DNA from: Octopus sinensis
Taxonomy: Eukaryota
Length of the DNA stretch: 64,000 nt
Direction: 5' to 3'
NCBI RefSeq assembly: GCF_006345805.1
Contig: NC_043015.1
Location: 51,274,001-51,338,000, forward strand
This document shows positions 24,907 to 37,314 of the stretch, one piece after another. The translations under genes were made by a program, and so were the position numbers. Within the stretch, counting starts at the first letter, position 1; each line of letters starts with the position of its first letter. The notes under the pieces were generated by a model. It worked only from the letters and a program-made list of their open reading frames with translations. It ran no database searches and was not told the origin of the DNA.

Positions 24907-25566
24907 CTTGTTTTATTTATATTCCTGAGCACCATACTAATACAATTGTTTGTTTGTATTCCACCTGCCTTCGTCTTTTGTTTATATTCATAAAGCTTCC
25001 CGTTATATATATACATATATATCTTCCACTTACCTTATGCTTATTCTTATTGCCTCTCTTTGCTCCCCTCCCCAGGCCTGTATCATTCCTTCAGTGCTCT
25101 GCTTGGTCATAACCAGACCTGACTCTGACGAAAGCAACATTAATTCTCTAGGTCATTCTATTTTTCTCAACCAATCAATGGGCTGATTGAGTAAACCAAT
25201 CAATAACGAACCTATAACGACTACTAGAAACAGCTGCAAGTCAGATTTACTACAATAAAGAAAAGAAAAATATGTAATGACCATTATTTGTGCCTTGTCT
25301 TTAATATATATACAGGATGCAGTGAATATATTATCTAAATTACGCAAAAATTAAAAATAACTGACATCAGGATTGTTATCATGCTAGACAAAATACTTAG
25401 AGGCATTTAATCCGTCTTTATATTCCAAGTTCAAATTCCACTGAGATTGACTTTTTCCTTCATAATTTTGGGGTCAATAAAATAAGTGCCAATTGAGCAA
25501 CGGGGTTAATATAATCGACTAACCCCTTCCCCAGAATTTTGGGCCTAATCCCTATAGTAGAAAGGA

Positions 25567-25933
25567 TTATTACCTCAGCTTTAGCAAAGGTGGGTGGAGG
25601 TATTGTTTTCAGTGATGTTTGTTTGTTTGTTTGTCCATGGACAAGATATCTCAATAGCTGTTGGATGGATTTGGATGAAATTTGCAGGGATGTTTGGCCT
25701 TGTGACTGGCATGAACTGATTAGATCTTGGGATCAATCTGGTAAGGACAAGGATTCTGGATTATTTTTCCTACTTAATTTTTGAGAGTGGTCAGGTTCAT
25801 TTTTAGTATTCTTGTTTGTGAGAGCAGTAGAGTTTATTTCAGATATTCTCATTTTAAAAATCATCTCTGGCTAATCATTGAGAGGATGTTGGTGCTGCCT
25901 TGGCGGAGGTTTGTGTTCTCTGAGTGCTCTTGT
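25567..25933 (+). mobile_element. Helentron/DINE-like non-autonomous element
   Basis: 5' ttattacctc(a)gc with subterminal inverted ggcggaggt near 25902, (gttt)n tract, 3' gtgttctctgagtgc stem-loop-like end, TT-rich flanks. Confidence 0.6.
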
Positions 25934-26104
25934 TATTATTATTACTACTATTATTATTATTAAGGTGGTGAGCTGGCAGAATCGTTAGCAAGCTGGACAC
26001 AACGCTTAATTGTATTTTGCTTGTCATTTTGTTCTGCGTTCAAATTCTGTCACGGTTGGTTTCCATTGATTTCCATTTGGGGTCAAAGAAATAAGTACCA
26101 ATCA

Positions 26105-26400
26105 AGTGAACCACATGGTCTAGTTGTTAGGACATTCAGCTCAAGATAGCAAGGTTGTGAGTATGATTGTATCCTTGAGCAAGACTCTTTATTTCACATT
26201 GTTTCAGTCCACTCAGCTGGCAAAAAGATGTAATACCTGTATCTCAAATGGCCAACCTTGTCACACTGTGTCATGGTGAATCTCCCTGAGAACTGCGTTA
26301 AGGGTACACATATCTGTGGAATGCTTAGCCACTTGTTTGGAAATTCCACAAAGAGGCTGTTCCAGTGATCGGATCAACTTGAACAGTTGTCATTGAAACC
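26105..26400 (+). mobile_element. Family C tRNA-derived SINE
   Basis: ccttgagcaagac...ccagtccactcagctggcaaaa body. Other copies at 30261-30480(+), 42195-42400(-), 44117-44440(+), 47321-47500(+) and 48560-48820(+). Confidence 0.8.
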
Positions 26401-26504
26401 AACAGAGTGATAGTTTCCAGTCAATTGCTGCAGTCAATGTAACCATCAAGCCTTCTTTCTCCCCCAAAATTGCAAGCCTTGTGCCTATAGTAGAAATGGT
26501 TATT

Positions 26505-26720
26505 ATTCTTTTCTGCTCTAGGCACAAGGTGCAAAATGTTTGGAGAGGAGGCCAGTTGATTAGATTGACCCCAATACGCAACTGGTACCTAATTTATCAA
26601 CTCCGAAAGGATGAAAAGTAAAGTCGACCTCATCAGAATTTGAACTCAGAACATAAAGACAGACAAAATACTGCTATGCATTTTGCCCGGCCTGCTAACA
26701 TTTCTGCCACCTCGCCGCCT
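26505..26720 (-). mobile_element. Family B SINE
   Basis: Reverse head ggcggcgaggtggcagaaatgttagc and body. Other + copies at 19283-19445, 25365-25570, 25961-26105 and 38556-38772. Confidence 0.8.
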
Positions 26721-27542
26721 TAGATATGGTTATTATTACTATTATTAGGGGATTTGTCTGTTTTTTCAGTCCCTGTATCCTTCTTGTCACCTTCCAGTTC
26801 TATAGATTTGGACTAGTTTCCATTTGTCTTGTAGAAAGATATATTACTGTCCATTGGATCCGATGCTTTGATTAAGAAGCATTTCCATTCTTGGCGGTGG
26901 GGCGGGGGGTTGACTATATTCTGTGGGTGATTTACCACAATCTTTCTCTCTGTAGGAATTGGCAGGTTGCACTCTATGGTCACTTTGCTTTTCTTTGAGG
27001 CATTTTATGCTGTGCATGTTGCTGTGATTGTAATGGTGGTGGTCGCGACGGTGGTGGTTGTGGTGGTTGTGGTGGTGGTGGTGGCAGTGATGGCGACTGT
27101 TGTCATTGTGTTATTATTTCTGAAAGCTATGAACTCATACAGAGCAATCCAACCAGTTACTCTAGAATCGTATGATAGTAATAATAATGATAATAATAAT
27201 AATAGTAATAATAATAATGATAATAGTAATAATAATAATGATAATAATAATGTGCAAGTATTGTACAAGTGATTTAGGGTTCTTCAGGTTATATATCATT
27301 ACATCTCTTATACAGCAATGTGTGTGTGTGTGTGTGTGTTAGGTTGTATTTTATAAGATGCATTGTTGTTATCTCAGCCATATTGTATGTTTCAAAGAAT
27401 GCAAAAAAAAAAGTAAAAAATAAAAATTGAAGATATAAGAAATAATAAAACATAAAAATAAACTAGATATTGTTCTGTAAAAAGAAGCTGAAGTACATTC
27501 ATATTTCATTCCACCATTGTTTGTTGTCTTCTATATTTCCAG

Positions 27543-27632
27543 GAAGATAAAATATGGGCTTGTTTAGCTGGAATGGCTGCATATGCTAAGGAGCTGCCAA
27601 CAGCAGAAGTTGCGTATGCTGCTTTGAAAAAG
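27543..27632 (+). CDS. IFT80: IFT80 internal coding exon (90 bp, phase 0-0)
   Basis: Acceptor tcttctatatttccag, donor aag|gtaacc. Encodes EDKIWACLAGMAAYAKELPTAEVAYAALKK, matching the IFT80 WACLAAMA...TAEIAYAAI segment and in frame with both flanking exons. Confidence 0.95.
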
Positions 27633-27640
27633 GTAACCAT

Positions 27641-28135
27641 TTTCTTTTCAACAAAACATCTTGAGACTTTCTCAGTCAGTTCTGATGCGATGCTAACACG
27701 ATCATCCCCTGATCGTGTTAGCATCGCATCAGATGAGCTCGCAGAATTGTTAGTACGTCAGACATAACGCTTAGCAGCATTTCATCCGTCTTTATATTCA
27801 GAGTTCAAATGCTGCTGAGGTCGACTTTGCCTTTCATCCTTTTGGGAAAACGATTTTCTTTTCAACAAAACGTCTTGAGACTTTCTCAGTAAGTTCTAAT
27901 GCGATACTAACATGATCAGGTGATGAGCTGGCAGAATCGTTAGCACGTCAGACATAGCGCTTAGCGGCATTTCATCCATCTTTATATTCAGAGGTCAAAT
28001 GCTGCTGAGGTCGACTTTGCCTTTCATCCTTTAGGGGATTGATACAATAAGGACTAGTTGAGTACTGGGGTTGATGCAATCAACTTACCATTTCCTTGAA
28101 CTTGCTAACCTCATGCCAAGATATGAAACCAATAT
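27641..28135 (+). repeat. About 210-bp tandem duplication (intron start plus family B SINE head) directly after an IFT80 donor
   Basis: ttttcttttcaacaaaac...ctgaggtcgactttgcctttcatcctt occurs at about 27641-27842 and about 27853-28032. The second copy continues into the SINE body. Confidence 0.9.
27681..27733. other. Perfect inverted repeat (24-bp arms, 5-nt loop)
   Basis: tctgatgcgatgctaacacgatca-tcccc-tgatcgtgttagcatcgcatcaga. Confidence 0.97.
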
Positions 28136-28279
28136 GAACAATTTATATCCGCTTTTTATACCCTTTTTTAAATGAAATATACAGTAATATTTTTTGGGGG
28201 TTTCAATTAATTTGGAAAATAAAGAATTTAGTCATGGTAATATTTTCATCCTTGATCTGTAGCAATGGATTGCAGTTGT

Positions 28280-28720
28280 CTTAGGTGTAGCGTCTTGCTA
28301 ACGCTTCATTTTCTGTGGTGGACTTTCTCCATGTTGATTTTGGCCTGTCATGATTATGTCTCCTTTGGATGTCCATTAAAGTTTCACTTTTAATGTTGCT
28401 AACAAGTTTTTTTCTAGGATGTATCCACACCAATCCCAATTCTTCTTTCTGGTCTGGTTTTTGATAAATTACTGGTTTGCTTATTCTCACAAGATTTTGT
28501 TTGTGGGCCTGTCTTGCCACCTCACTTAAGGGATTTTCCTGAGACATCTGTTCACAAGCATTTGGAACTTGTCAATGGAGAACTTTGTAACTTGTCATGT
28601 TTCATACATGTACAACTGAACTGTCTTCATGTTCAGGTTAAAAATCCTGAGTTTTGTGTTTGTTGACAAGGTCTGTGATCTCCAGATGGATCTGAAATTT
28701 GAAAATCCATTCTTTTATTC
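28280..28720 (-). mobile_element. Degenerate RTE-clade LINE 3' fragment
   Basis: LGLVWIHPRKK...RRHNHDRPKSTWRKS resembles the RTE C-terminal W.GH..R...R.RGRPK.TW.R region. Confidence 0.55.
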
Positions 28721-28839
28721 TTTTAATCATGTACATACATAATATATAAAGGACTGTGGGTAAGGCCAGAACAATGCGAAGTAAACGCAAGGCAAATCAC
28801 GAGAAAACAAATATATGAATTAATGTAGACTTATCTTGC

Positions 28840-28878
28840 ATTCAGTATTTCGGGGTTATGACCCCATCCTCAGGGAAT
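28840..28878 (-). ncRNA. Hammerhead-like motif downstream of a PLE endonuclease ORF
   Basis: Minus strand attcc-ctgagga-t-ggggt cata acccc-gaaa-tact-gaat: intact CUGAGGA and GAAA, 5-bp stem II. The cleavage triplet and stem III are degenerate. Confidence 0.55.
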
Positions 28879-28942
28879 TAAAAAATGTTGCAGATGTGCA
28901 TGTGTGTGAGTGTGCGGCATAGACATACATGGAGAGTTGTTG

Positions 28943-29275
28943 CTATAGCAACCAGCTAGCTTCCTGTAGCTCTCTTCTGTTGTTGATTGTGGGTTTCCTT
29001 TGGTACATAAGGATGGCCTCGGAGATTCTAAGGTTTCCTCTGTTGTGCTGTGTTGCCCTGATGGGCACTGTGAATTCCCGGGTCTGGCATTTCCATAGAT
29101 GTTTCTTCACGGAAGTGTCTGTCTGCATGTGTTCCTTTATGTGTATATGCAGTTTTCTTATTGTGTTTCCAATGTAGGATGCACCACATTTTCCACTGAT
29201 GATTTCATATACAACATAGGTCCTCTGGCACTTTTCAGGGTTACTGATGGGGCAGTTATATATAAATATAAGAAA
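28943..29275 (-). mobile_element. Penelope-like element GIY-YIG endonuclease region (stop-free frame)
   Basis: Extending ORF 28943-29128 upstream gives CQRTYVVYEIISGKCGASYIGNTIRKLHIHIKEH...LRISEAILMYQRKPTINNRRE, a typical PLE GIY-YIG domain. Confidence 0.88.
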
Positions 29276-29994
29276 TTAACTGCGTACTCCATCTAACGAG
29301 AGTCCAATATTGCTAAACGTTTCAGCTACATGTACTCATTGTGCTACTAATAGTTTCCCGTGCATGCGTACTTTCATCAGGTGCCAGTCGTCCCCTGGTG
29401 ACTACTGTTTACTGCATATTCATTTAAGGTTTGGAAAGAATACGGGGTAAGGGAGACACTCTTAAAAGACTCAATCAAGTTCCACGCAAATAGGGACTTA
29501 TATCATATCGACTATTCTACTAAAAAGGGTGATTGGTGCCTGATGAATGTATGCATGCACAGGAAATATATATATATTTATATATATATATATATATGTA
29601 CATATACGCAGCGCTAAGCGTGTGGCAAGCTTTCTACGGCCGGATGCCCTTCCTGACGCCAACCCCCACCTGTTACCAAGCGAGGTAATACACACACACA
29701 TACACACATACATATATAGATACAGAGAGAGAGGGAGAGTGAGAGAGAGAAGCAGACTTTCAGCAATAGTTGAGCATTGAACTAATTTGAAGTTGATACC
29801 TAGCTTAACTTTGTACTTAACTTTGGTAGAGTTGTGGAGGAATGAGAGTTAGCACCAACAGGCTGTTGTGATTGCTGGACTTCAAATGTGTCATCATAAC
29901 TTTCTACAAAAAAAATTGGCTTTGTTGAATATCTAAAGTATTGAATTCACCAGTTACTGCATACCCCAAAATGCATAATTCATTAACCAGCTTA

Positions 29995-30255
29995 TCTTTG
30001 TATAAACTATGTTAATGATATCTCACAGCTATGATTATATAATCTGTGTAAATATCATATGCTTATATTTATATAAACTATGTAGATGATATCACATTGC
30101 TATGTTATATAAATTATCAAGCTGATATAATATGCCTGTGTTTTTATAAACATAGGTGATATCACGTAGCTATGTTTATATAAACTGTGTGAATGATATC
30201 ACATGCCTATGTTTATATGTACTGTGTAAATGATATCACATAGCTATATTTATGT
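29995..30255. repeat. Degenerate minisatellite of about 37 bp (gatatcacatagctatgtttatataaactgtgtaaat), about 7 units
   Basis: Recurring gatatcac...tatataaact. One more unit lies near 30565, beyond an intervening family C SINE. Confidence 0.75.
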
Positions 30256-31929
30256 AAAATGGAAGAACGTGGCTTAGTGGTTAAGGCTATGCACACATGA
30301 TTGTAAGACTGGTTTTGATTCATGGACTGGATGATGTATTTTGTGCGCCAAAAATCTTCGTTTCATGTTCCTCCACTCCACCTCACTCGACTCCACCCCA
30401 CCTCACTCCACTCAGTTGGCAAAAATGAGTAATCCTATGACAGACCGATATCCTCTCCGGGTGGTGGATGGTAACGGCATATATGCTACAAAATTCCAGA
30501 GACAGTCTTTATGTGCTTATGGCTCCGGAAGGACTTTTGATACCTTTTTGTTGATGCCTGTCTAAACTATGAAGATGATATCACATAGCTGTGTTTATAC
30601 ATGTGATGGGCTCTGTGAAAGAATATTTTCCCACTGCAGGCCATGTCATGGTTGTGTAACAACAAATTTGCCAATGCTTCAGTATATCATTGCTATTATG
30701 CGAAAGTGTCGTAAGTTCAAAATGTTGCTGGCATGGGTTGGACGGTTTGACTGAGGTCTGGAGAGCCAGTAGCTGCACCAGGCTCCAATCTGATCTGGCA
30801 ATGTTTCTACAGCTGGATGCCCTTCCTAGTGGTTGGCATTAGGAAGGGCATCCAGCTGTTGAAACATTGCCAGATCAGAGTAACACTTAAATTTTACCAT
30901 TTTGTTCTATATATATATATATATATATATAATACTACATGTATACACACATACATGCACAGAGAGAGAGAAAGAGAGAGAATAAGGTACAGTACTATAC
31001 TTTTTACCCTAAGTTGCCAAGAAATAAACTGTAACTTTGGATGGGAGTTAAAGGAAGTTTATCATAAAATGCCCATGTGAAGGAACCAACCATGGCATTT
31101 TACATTGTGAAATTTGGTATCTGTCTAGATATCATATCCCTCCTCTTACAAGATATGGTATTTTTATACCTACGGCGAACTTCTTTTTCAATAGAAAGAG
31201 GAAAGAAAATGGAGAGACAAAAAAAGGAATGTTTCTGGATTAACAGTTTCACACACAAATATTCATCCAACACACACACACATATATATCTGCATATATT
31301 AGATGGGCTTCTTTCAGTTTCTCTCTACTAACTCCACTCACAAGGCTTTTGTTGTCCTGGGGCTTTAGTATAAAGTGCTTGCTCAAGATGCCACACATTG
31401 TAACTGAACCTGGAATGGAGTTGTTAGGAAGCGATCTTCTCTCCACATGCCCATACTTGCATTTGCAATATGTTTATGGCTGCAAAATCAGTTGATTAAA
31501 CATTTTTTCTTTTTTTTTTTCCCTGTCTCCTGCAAAGTTTGTCTGCTATAATTTTCCTCCAGAAGTCGACATCCTGTCTTGTGAATCCTTACACCATTCC
31601 TTAGCAAGAGCTTGAAAGTAGAAGATTTAAAACTCAGTTTGCTCAATCTTCTGTGATTGACAATTTGCTTTTCAGCTAACCTAACAGCAATCCTATTTCA
31701 GGGAAAAAGGGGTGGAAATAAAAAAGAATATTAGAAAAGTTAGCACAGCCTGTTTGTCTTAGTAAACAGCTATTAAATGATGTTAGTTTCAATTTTCTTG
31801 TAATTAATGCTGGAAGTATTCTTAGATTTCATGTTCGTTGTTGTTGCCATTGCTGTTGTTGTTCGATCGTCTTGTGTTTCTTTTTTTACATTTAGATTTA
31901 TCTTGTCACTAAATTAAATTTATATCCTC

Positions 31930-31959
31930 TCCTCTATTACATACCCATATATATTTGTG

Positions 31960-32003
<44 letters not shown>

Positions 32004-32732
32004 TATATATGCATAGATATGTACATATATAACACATATATATACATAATATATACGTATATTTGTGTTTGTTAATAAGTATATATATATACACACACAT
32101 ATATACATATAGATGTATATATATATAACACATATATACATAATATATATGTATAGATATATATATATTTGTGTATATATATATATATAATTGCCTGTAT
32201 GTATGTGCATTAATACACACATGTATATGTATGTGTGTGTGTATATATATATATACTTATATGTACGATATGTCTGTGTGAGTGTATATTTGTGTGTGTG
32301 TGGAAATTCTCTTATATTTTCTTGTATTATATTTCAGGCAGTTGCAATTAAATGAAAATGCAAAAATGTATAAAATAAAATTAAAAAAAACAAACGAAAA
32401 AATGAATGAATGAATAAATAAATAAATAAATAAATAAACGAAACTAAAAACAAAAAATGAAAATCAAAACTGGGTTGGGAGAATTTAAAACCACATAAAA
32501 ATCATTTTATGCAAGTGTATATTGCATTACCTACCAACTTAAATAAAACGCATAAGAAAAAAATGCTTATATACGGCATACATATGTATATGAATACATA
32601 TATCATCACCATCATCATCATCACCATTACCACTGCCATGAATAATATCAGCATACATTTGTTTTATCGTGTTCACATGGGTTACTTACATCTCAGCATG
32701 CATATATATATATATATCTGTATGTATATATA

Positions 32733-32806
<74 letters not shown>

Positions 32807-32879
32807 TATGTATATATATAGATATATATATATAGATATATATATATATATTTATTTATATATATATTATATATATATA

Positions 32880-32910
<31 letters not shown>

Positions 32911-33022
32911 CAGATATATATTATATATATATATATATATATAAATGTATATATAATATATATACAGATATATATTATATATATATATATATATATAATG
33001 TATATATATATATATATACAGA

Positions 33023-33055
<33 letters not shown>

Positions 33056-33139
33056 AATGTATATATATATATATATATATACATGTATTATATATATATA
33101 TATATATCAATGTATATATATATAATATATATATAAATG

Positions 33140-33170
<31 letters not shown>

Positions 33171-33216
33171 ATATATTATATATAATATATATATATATAT
33201 ATACATGTAATATATA

Positions 33217-33256
<40 letters not shown>

Positions 33257-33860
33257 GTATGTATGTGTGAGTGTGTATACATATATATATCTGTAAAAAT
33301 ATATATGCATGTATATCTGCGTGTGGGTGTATGTGGGTGTACGTATATATATATATATATGTATGTATGTATATATGTATGTATATATGTATGTATGTAT
33401 ATCTGTGTGTGTGGGTGTGTGTGGGTGTATGTATGTGCATATATATATATATATCTGTATATCTGGTAGGTGTGTGTAGGTGAGGTGTATGTATATATGC
33501 ATATATATACATATATATGTATGTATGTATATGTGTAGGTCTGTGTGTATGTATGTATGTATGCATATATATATATATATATATATATATAATGCAAATA
33601 TGTCTACCTACATGCATGTATAACACAGCTACCTCTGCATCAGAGTATGCATGTCATGTGGTTTAACATGTAAACATATACTCTCTAATATCAAGACATA
33701 TGAACATAAACATACATACATATACCTCTGCTTTTCTCTTTCTACATTCATATGTATGTGTACACACAACCATGCATATATATACATTACCCTTACACAA
33801 ATAAACATACACACACACACATACACACGTGTGTATGTATACATATATATATGTGTACAC
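31930..33860. repeat. Large (TA)n/(TG)n compound arrays
   Basis: Near-pure TA at 32700-33255, flanked by TATG/TG tracts. Confidence 0.95.
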
Positions 33861-34144
33861 ATATAGCCGCGTTAGTTTGGCAAATAGCAATTTCAAAAAA
33901 GAAATGTGTTATTGTGCTGTTAAGTGCTAAAGGCAGTATATAAATTCTATATTAGAATACCATATCTCGTTTCCTTCTTTCTATATTGCTACAAGTATGA
34001 TGTTAACTAATTCTGTGTAGTAAACTTTTAATAACACTCAATTCCTCTGAGGATTGCTGGAGTTCCTGCTTCCAACTAAAGAAAGATTAAATTCTGCAGA
34101 CACATTTAAATTGTGCCTTCATTTTGCCTTTCCTTGTTTATGTC

Positions 34145-35040
34145 CTTTTCTCTCTCTCTCTCTCTGTCTATCTCCCTCTATTGCTCTCTACCTATCTTCC
34201 TCTGTTGCTCTGTGTCTCTCTCTCTTTCTCTTACACTCTGTCTATCTTGCTTTATCACTCACTATCTCTCTCTCTCTCTCGCTTTCTGCTTTTCTCTCTA
34301 TTGCTCTCTGTTCATTTCCCTCTTTGCTCTCTGTCTGTCTCTCTCTCTATTGCTCTCTGTCTATCTCTCTCTATTGCTCTCTGCCTGTCTCCCTCTATTA
34401 CTCTCTCTCTCTATAGCTCTCTGTCTATCTCCCTCTATTGCTCTCTATCTGTCTCTCTCTTACTCTCTGTCTACCTACATTACTCTCTATCTTGCTCTCT
34501 ATTGCTCTCTGTCTATCTCTCTGTATTATTCTCTGTCTACCTCCCTCTATTGCTCTCTGTCTATCTCGCTCTTACTTTCTGTCTCTCTCTCTCTCTATTG
34601 CTCTCTGTCTCCCTCTATTGCTCTCTGTCTCCCTCTATTGCTCTCTGTCTCCCTCTATTGCTCTCTGTCTACCTCCCTCTATTGCTCTCTGTTAATTTCC
34701 CCCTCTTACTCTCTGTCTATCTCTCTCTCTCTCTCTTACTCTCTGTATTATTCTCCCTGTATTATTCTCTGTCTACCTCCCTCTATTGCTCTCTGCCTAT
34801 CTCTCTCTCTATTGCTCACTGTTGATCTCCCTCTGTTACTCTCTGTCTATCTCCCTGTATTATTCTCTGTCTACCTCCCTCTATTGCTCTCTGTCTATAT
34901 CTCTCTCTGTGTCTATCTCCCTCTATCGCTCTCTGTCTATCTATCTCTCTCTCTATTGCTCTCTGCCTATCTCTCCTTCTATTACTCTCTGTCTATCTCC
35001 CTGTATTATTCTCTGCCTATCTGTCTCTATTGCTCTCTGC
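34145..35040. repeat. CT-rich minisatellite (core ctccctctattgctctctgt)
   Basis: Dozens of ctattgctctctgt variants. These are the source of spurious L/S/C/Y-rich ORFs. Confidence 0.92.
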
Positions 35041-35659
35041 TTGTCTTCCTCATGAATTCATTCTATTTCAAAACTCATATAAAATACCAGCTGAGTAGCC
35101 TGTTGTTGCTGGGCAATTTTCATAATAGAATACCTCTATTTAAATTTTATTTATTCCATGTCAGACCATGTCTTCTCCAATAGATAGGCCTCTTCATCAG
35201 AAAGGATTTGTGCAATTTTTCTCAAAAAAATTTCATTCTGAATTTTTTTTCCTTTTTAAATTATTTACTTAACTGTTTGACTGTTTCACATTAAAACTTA
35301 CCAAAATTTCAGAACTTTTTATATCTTTCATCATTAGAATGTTTTGTTTTCATTTTGTTTAATAAAAATTCATTTTTGGGATGTTTTTGCTTTCTTTTTC
35401 TGATAGATAGCTATCATGCAGAAAATGCCAGCTTCCAAATCCTGTTTTCTGATTAGATAAAAATTATATCAAACTTTAAACCGCTGTAATATCTTTCTAC
35501 AATTTTTTTTTTTTTTAACGAATAAATAACAAAATTGGATTCAGCATGAAAATTCACATCAATATACAAAATTTGAATAATTTCACCTAATTTAAAAATT
35601 TCAAAGCCTGTGACAGCAGCTGAAAAGACCTGAAAGAGGCACCTATACAAGACATCATG

Positions 35660-36045
35660 CATCATCACCATCATCATCATTTAATGTCCGCTTTCCATGC
35701 TAGCATGGGTTGGACGATTTTGACTGAGGGCTGGCAAACCAGATGGCTGCACCAGGCTCCAATCTTGATCTGGCAGAGTTTCTGCAGCTGGATGCCTTTC
35801 CTAACACCAACCATACTCGTATGGTGCTCTTTGCACCCTGCTAGCACGGATGCCAGTCATCGAATTGATTTTGATTTTGATTTCACTTGCCTCAACAGGT
35901 CTTTGCAATCAGAGTTTAGTGTCTAAAGAAGAAAAAGGTAGGCATAAGCAGGCTGGTTATGCTCCTGGCATAGGCCACAGGTTATGGTCTCATTTGGCTT
36001 ACCGGGTCTTCTTGAGCACAGCATATTTCCAAAAGTCTCAGTCGC
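35660..36045 (-). mobile_element. Family D composite copy with 5' module
   Basis: Tail and core at 35660-35815, then one degenerate monomer, then gattttgatttcacttgcctcaacaggtc...gagcacagcatatttccaaaagtctcagtc, homologous to 6060-6240. Confidence 0.75.
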
Positions 36046-36334
36046 GCATATATATATACACACACACACACACAAACGTATACATACTCAGGCAATCATG
36101 AGTTTAAGCTGGTCCCTTCTGAAAACATTAATTGTTGGCAATTTGGGAGTTGAGTTATTTCTCATACCAAATTACATTTTTTGATGACCAAAAACCAAAA
36201 AGAAAATGCCTTCTTTTTGGGATGCAGATTTTGAAAAGGAAGCCTGTTTATCTCTCCAGGATGCACCATTTCGGAGTGTTTCTGTGACATATACTCTTGC
36301 GTACACACATATACTGTCATTTACATAGTGGACA

Positions 36335-36555
36335 TACAAAGGGATGCTGAAAAGTTCCTGGCTTTAAAGGTGTTGTGAAAGGCCTGGCTGGAGGCCCAAC
36401 CTTCCATGTTCATGTACACAGCTTGTAAAAACTGAATGACCTCTGCAATAAGTGTGTGAATCTGTGAGAGAAATATGTTGAATAAAATCACAATTAACTG
36501 ATCCTCCTGTATTTTCTGTTACACAAAGCCAGAAACTTTTCAGCACTCCCTCGTG
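36335..36555 (+). mobile_element. Mariner-derived MITE
   Basis: TIRs ta-caaagggatgctgaaaagttcctggctt and aagccagaaacttttcagcactccctcg. Internal remnant resembling the mariner C-terminus CNKCVNL...YVE*. Confidence 0.8.
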
Positions 36556-36669
36556 TGTGTGTGTATTGCTATTATTCCGTTTTATTTCAATATTTCTTGC
36601 CGATATAGAAAGAGCCGGTTTCTAACCTAGATCCAAGGCTCCTTCATTGGAATTTCAACATCAACAACA

Positions 36670-36770
36670 GGGTACTTTTGTATGTATGTATGTATTTATG
36701 TATATGTGCAGATTTGTATGTTTTGTTTTATGTATGCATTCTCCTGCAAATAGTTACATATCTAGACATG

Positions 36771-36808
<38 letters not shown>

Positions 36809-37290
36809 AATGATAAACTTCTGGAAAGTTTTACAGATTTTTACAGTTCCAGTGATGGCTTGGATCTGTAGTCTTTGAATCAGCTTTCTCCTTTCTTGTT
36901 TGGAGAAGCCTAATTTCTCAAGATTGGTATTTAGGCAATGGGTTATATATCCCAGGGTCCCAATAATTACAGGTATAAACTTGAAGTTTTAATCTGGATT
37001 GAGTAACTAGAGATTTCTCAATAGTCCAGTGTAGATATTTTCTTTTCTGCCGATCTTTACCTTCATGTTCACATCCGTTAGGCAGCTGATTTCCGCAACT
37101 GTACACAGTTCCTCTTCTCTGTCCCAAATCATTATGTCAGGTCTGTTATGTTTACATTTTATGTATGTCTCTTTTATTTTTTTAATTATTATAAATCTTG
37201 CACTAAAGAGGGAGCCATCAAAGATACAAAGCTCCATCTTTGGGATGTTGTTAACACGGACAAATTCATATTTGTAACTTGAGAAAAGTC
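36670..37290 (-). mobile_element. R4/Dong-type 3' fragment, copy 2
   Basis: KCKHNRPDIMIWDREEELCTVAEISC...GRKENIYTGLLRNL. The 3' UTR matches copy 1. Confidence 0.85.
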
Positions 37291-37314
37291 TTGCATATTT
37301 TTACTGTTCTACTC

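Noticed and set aside
29345-29392. Minus-strand CUGAUGA...GAAAC upstream of the PLE ORF
   Set aside because: Stem II is poorly paired and there is no stem I partner.
31520-31700. Possible antisense exon (IAVRLAEKQIVNHRRL...)
   Set aside because: Splice sites and frame are ambiguous and no homology was recognised.
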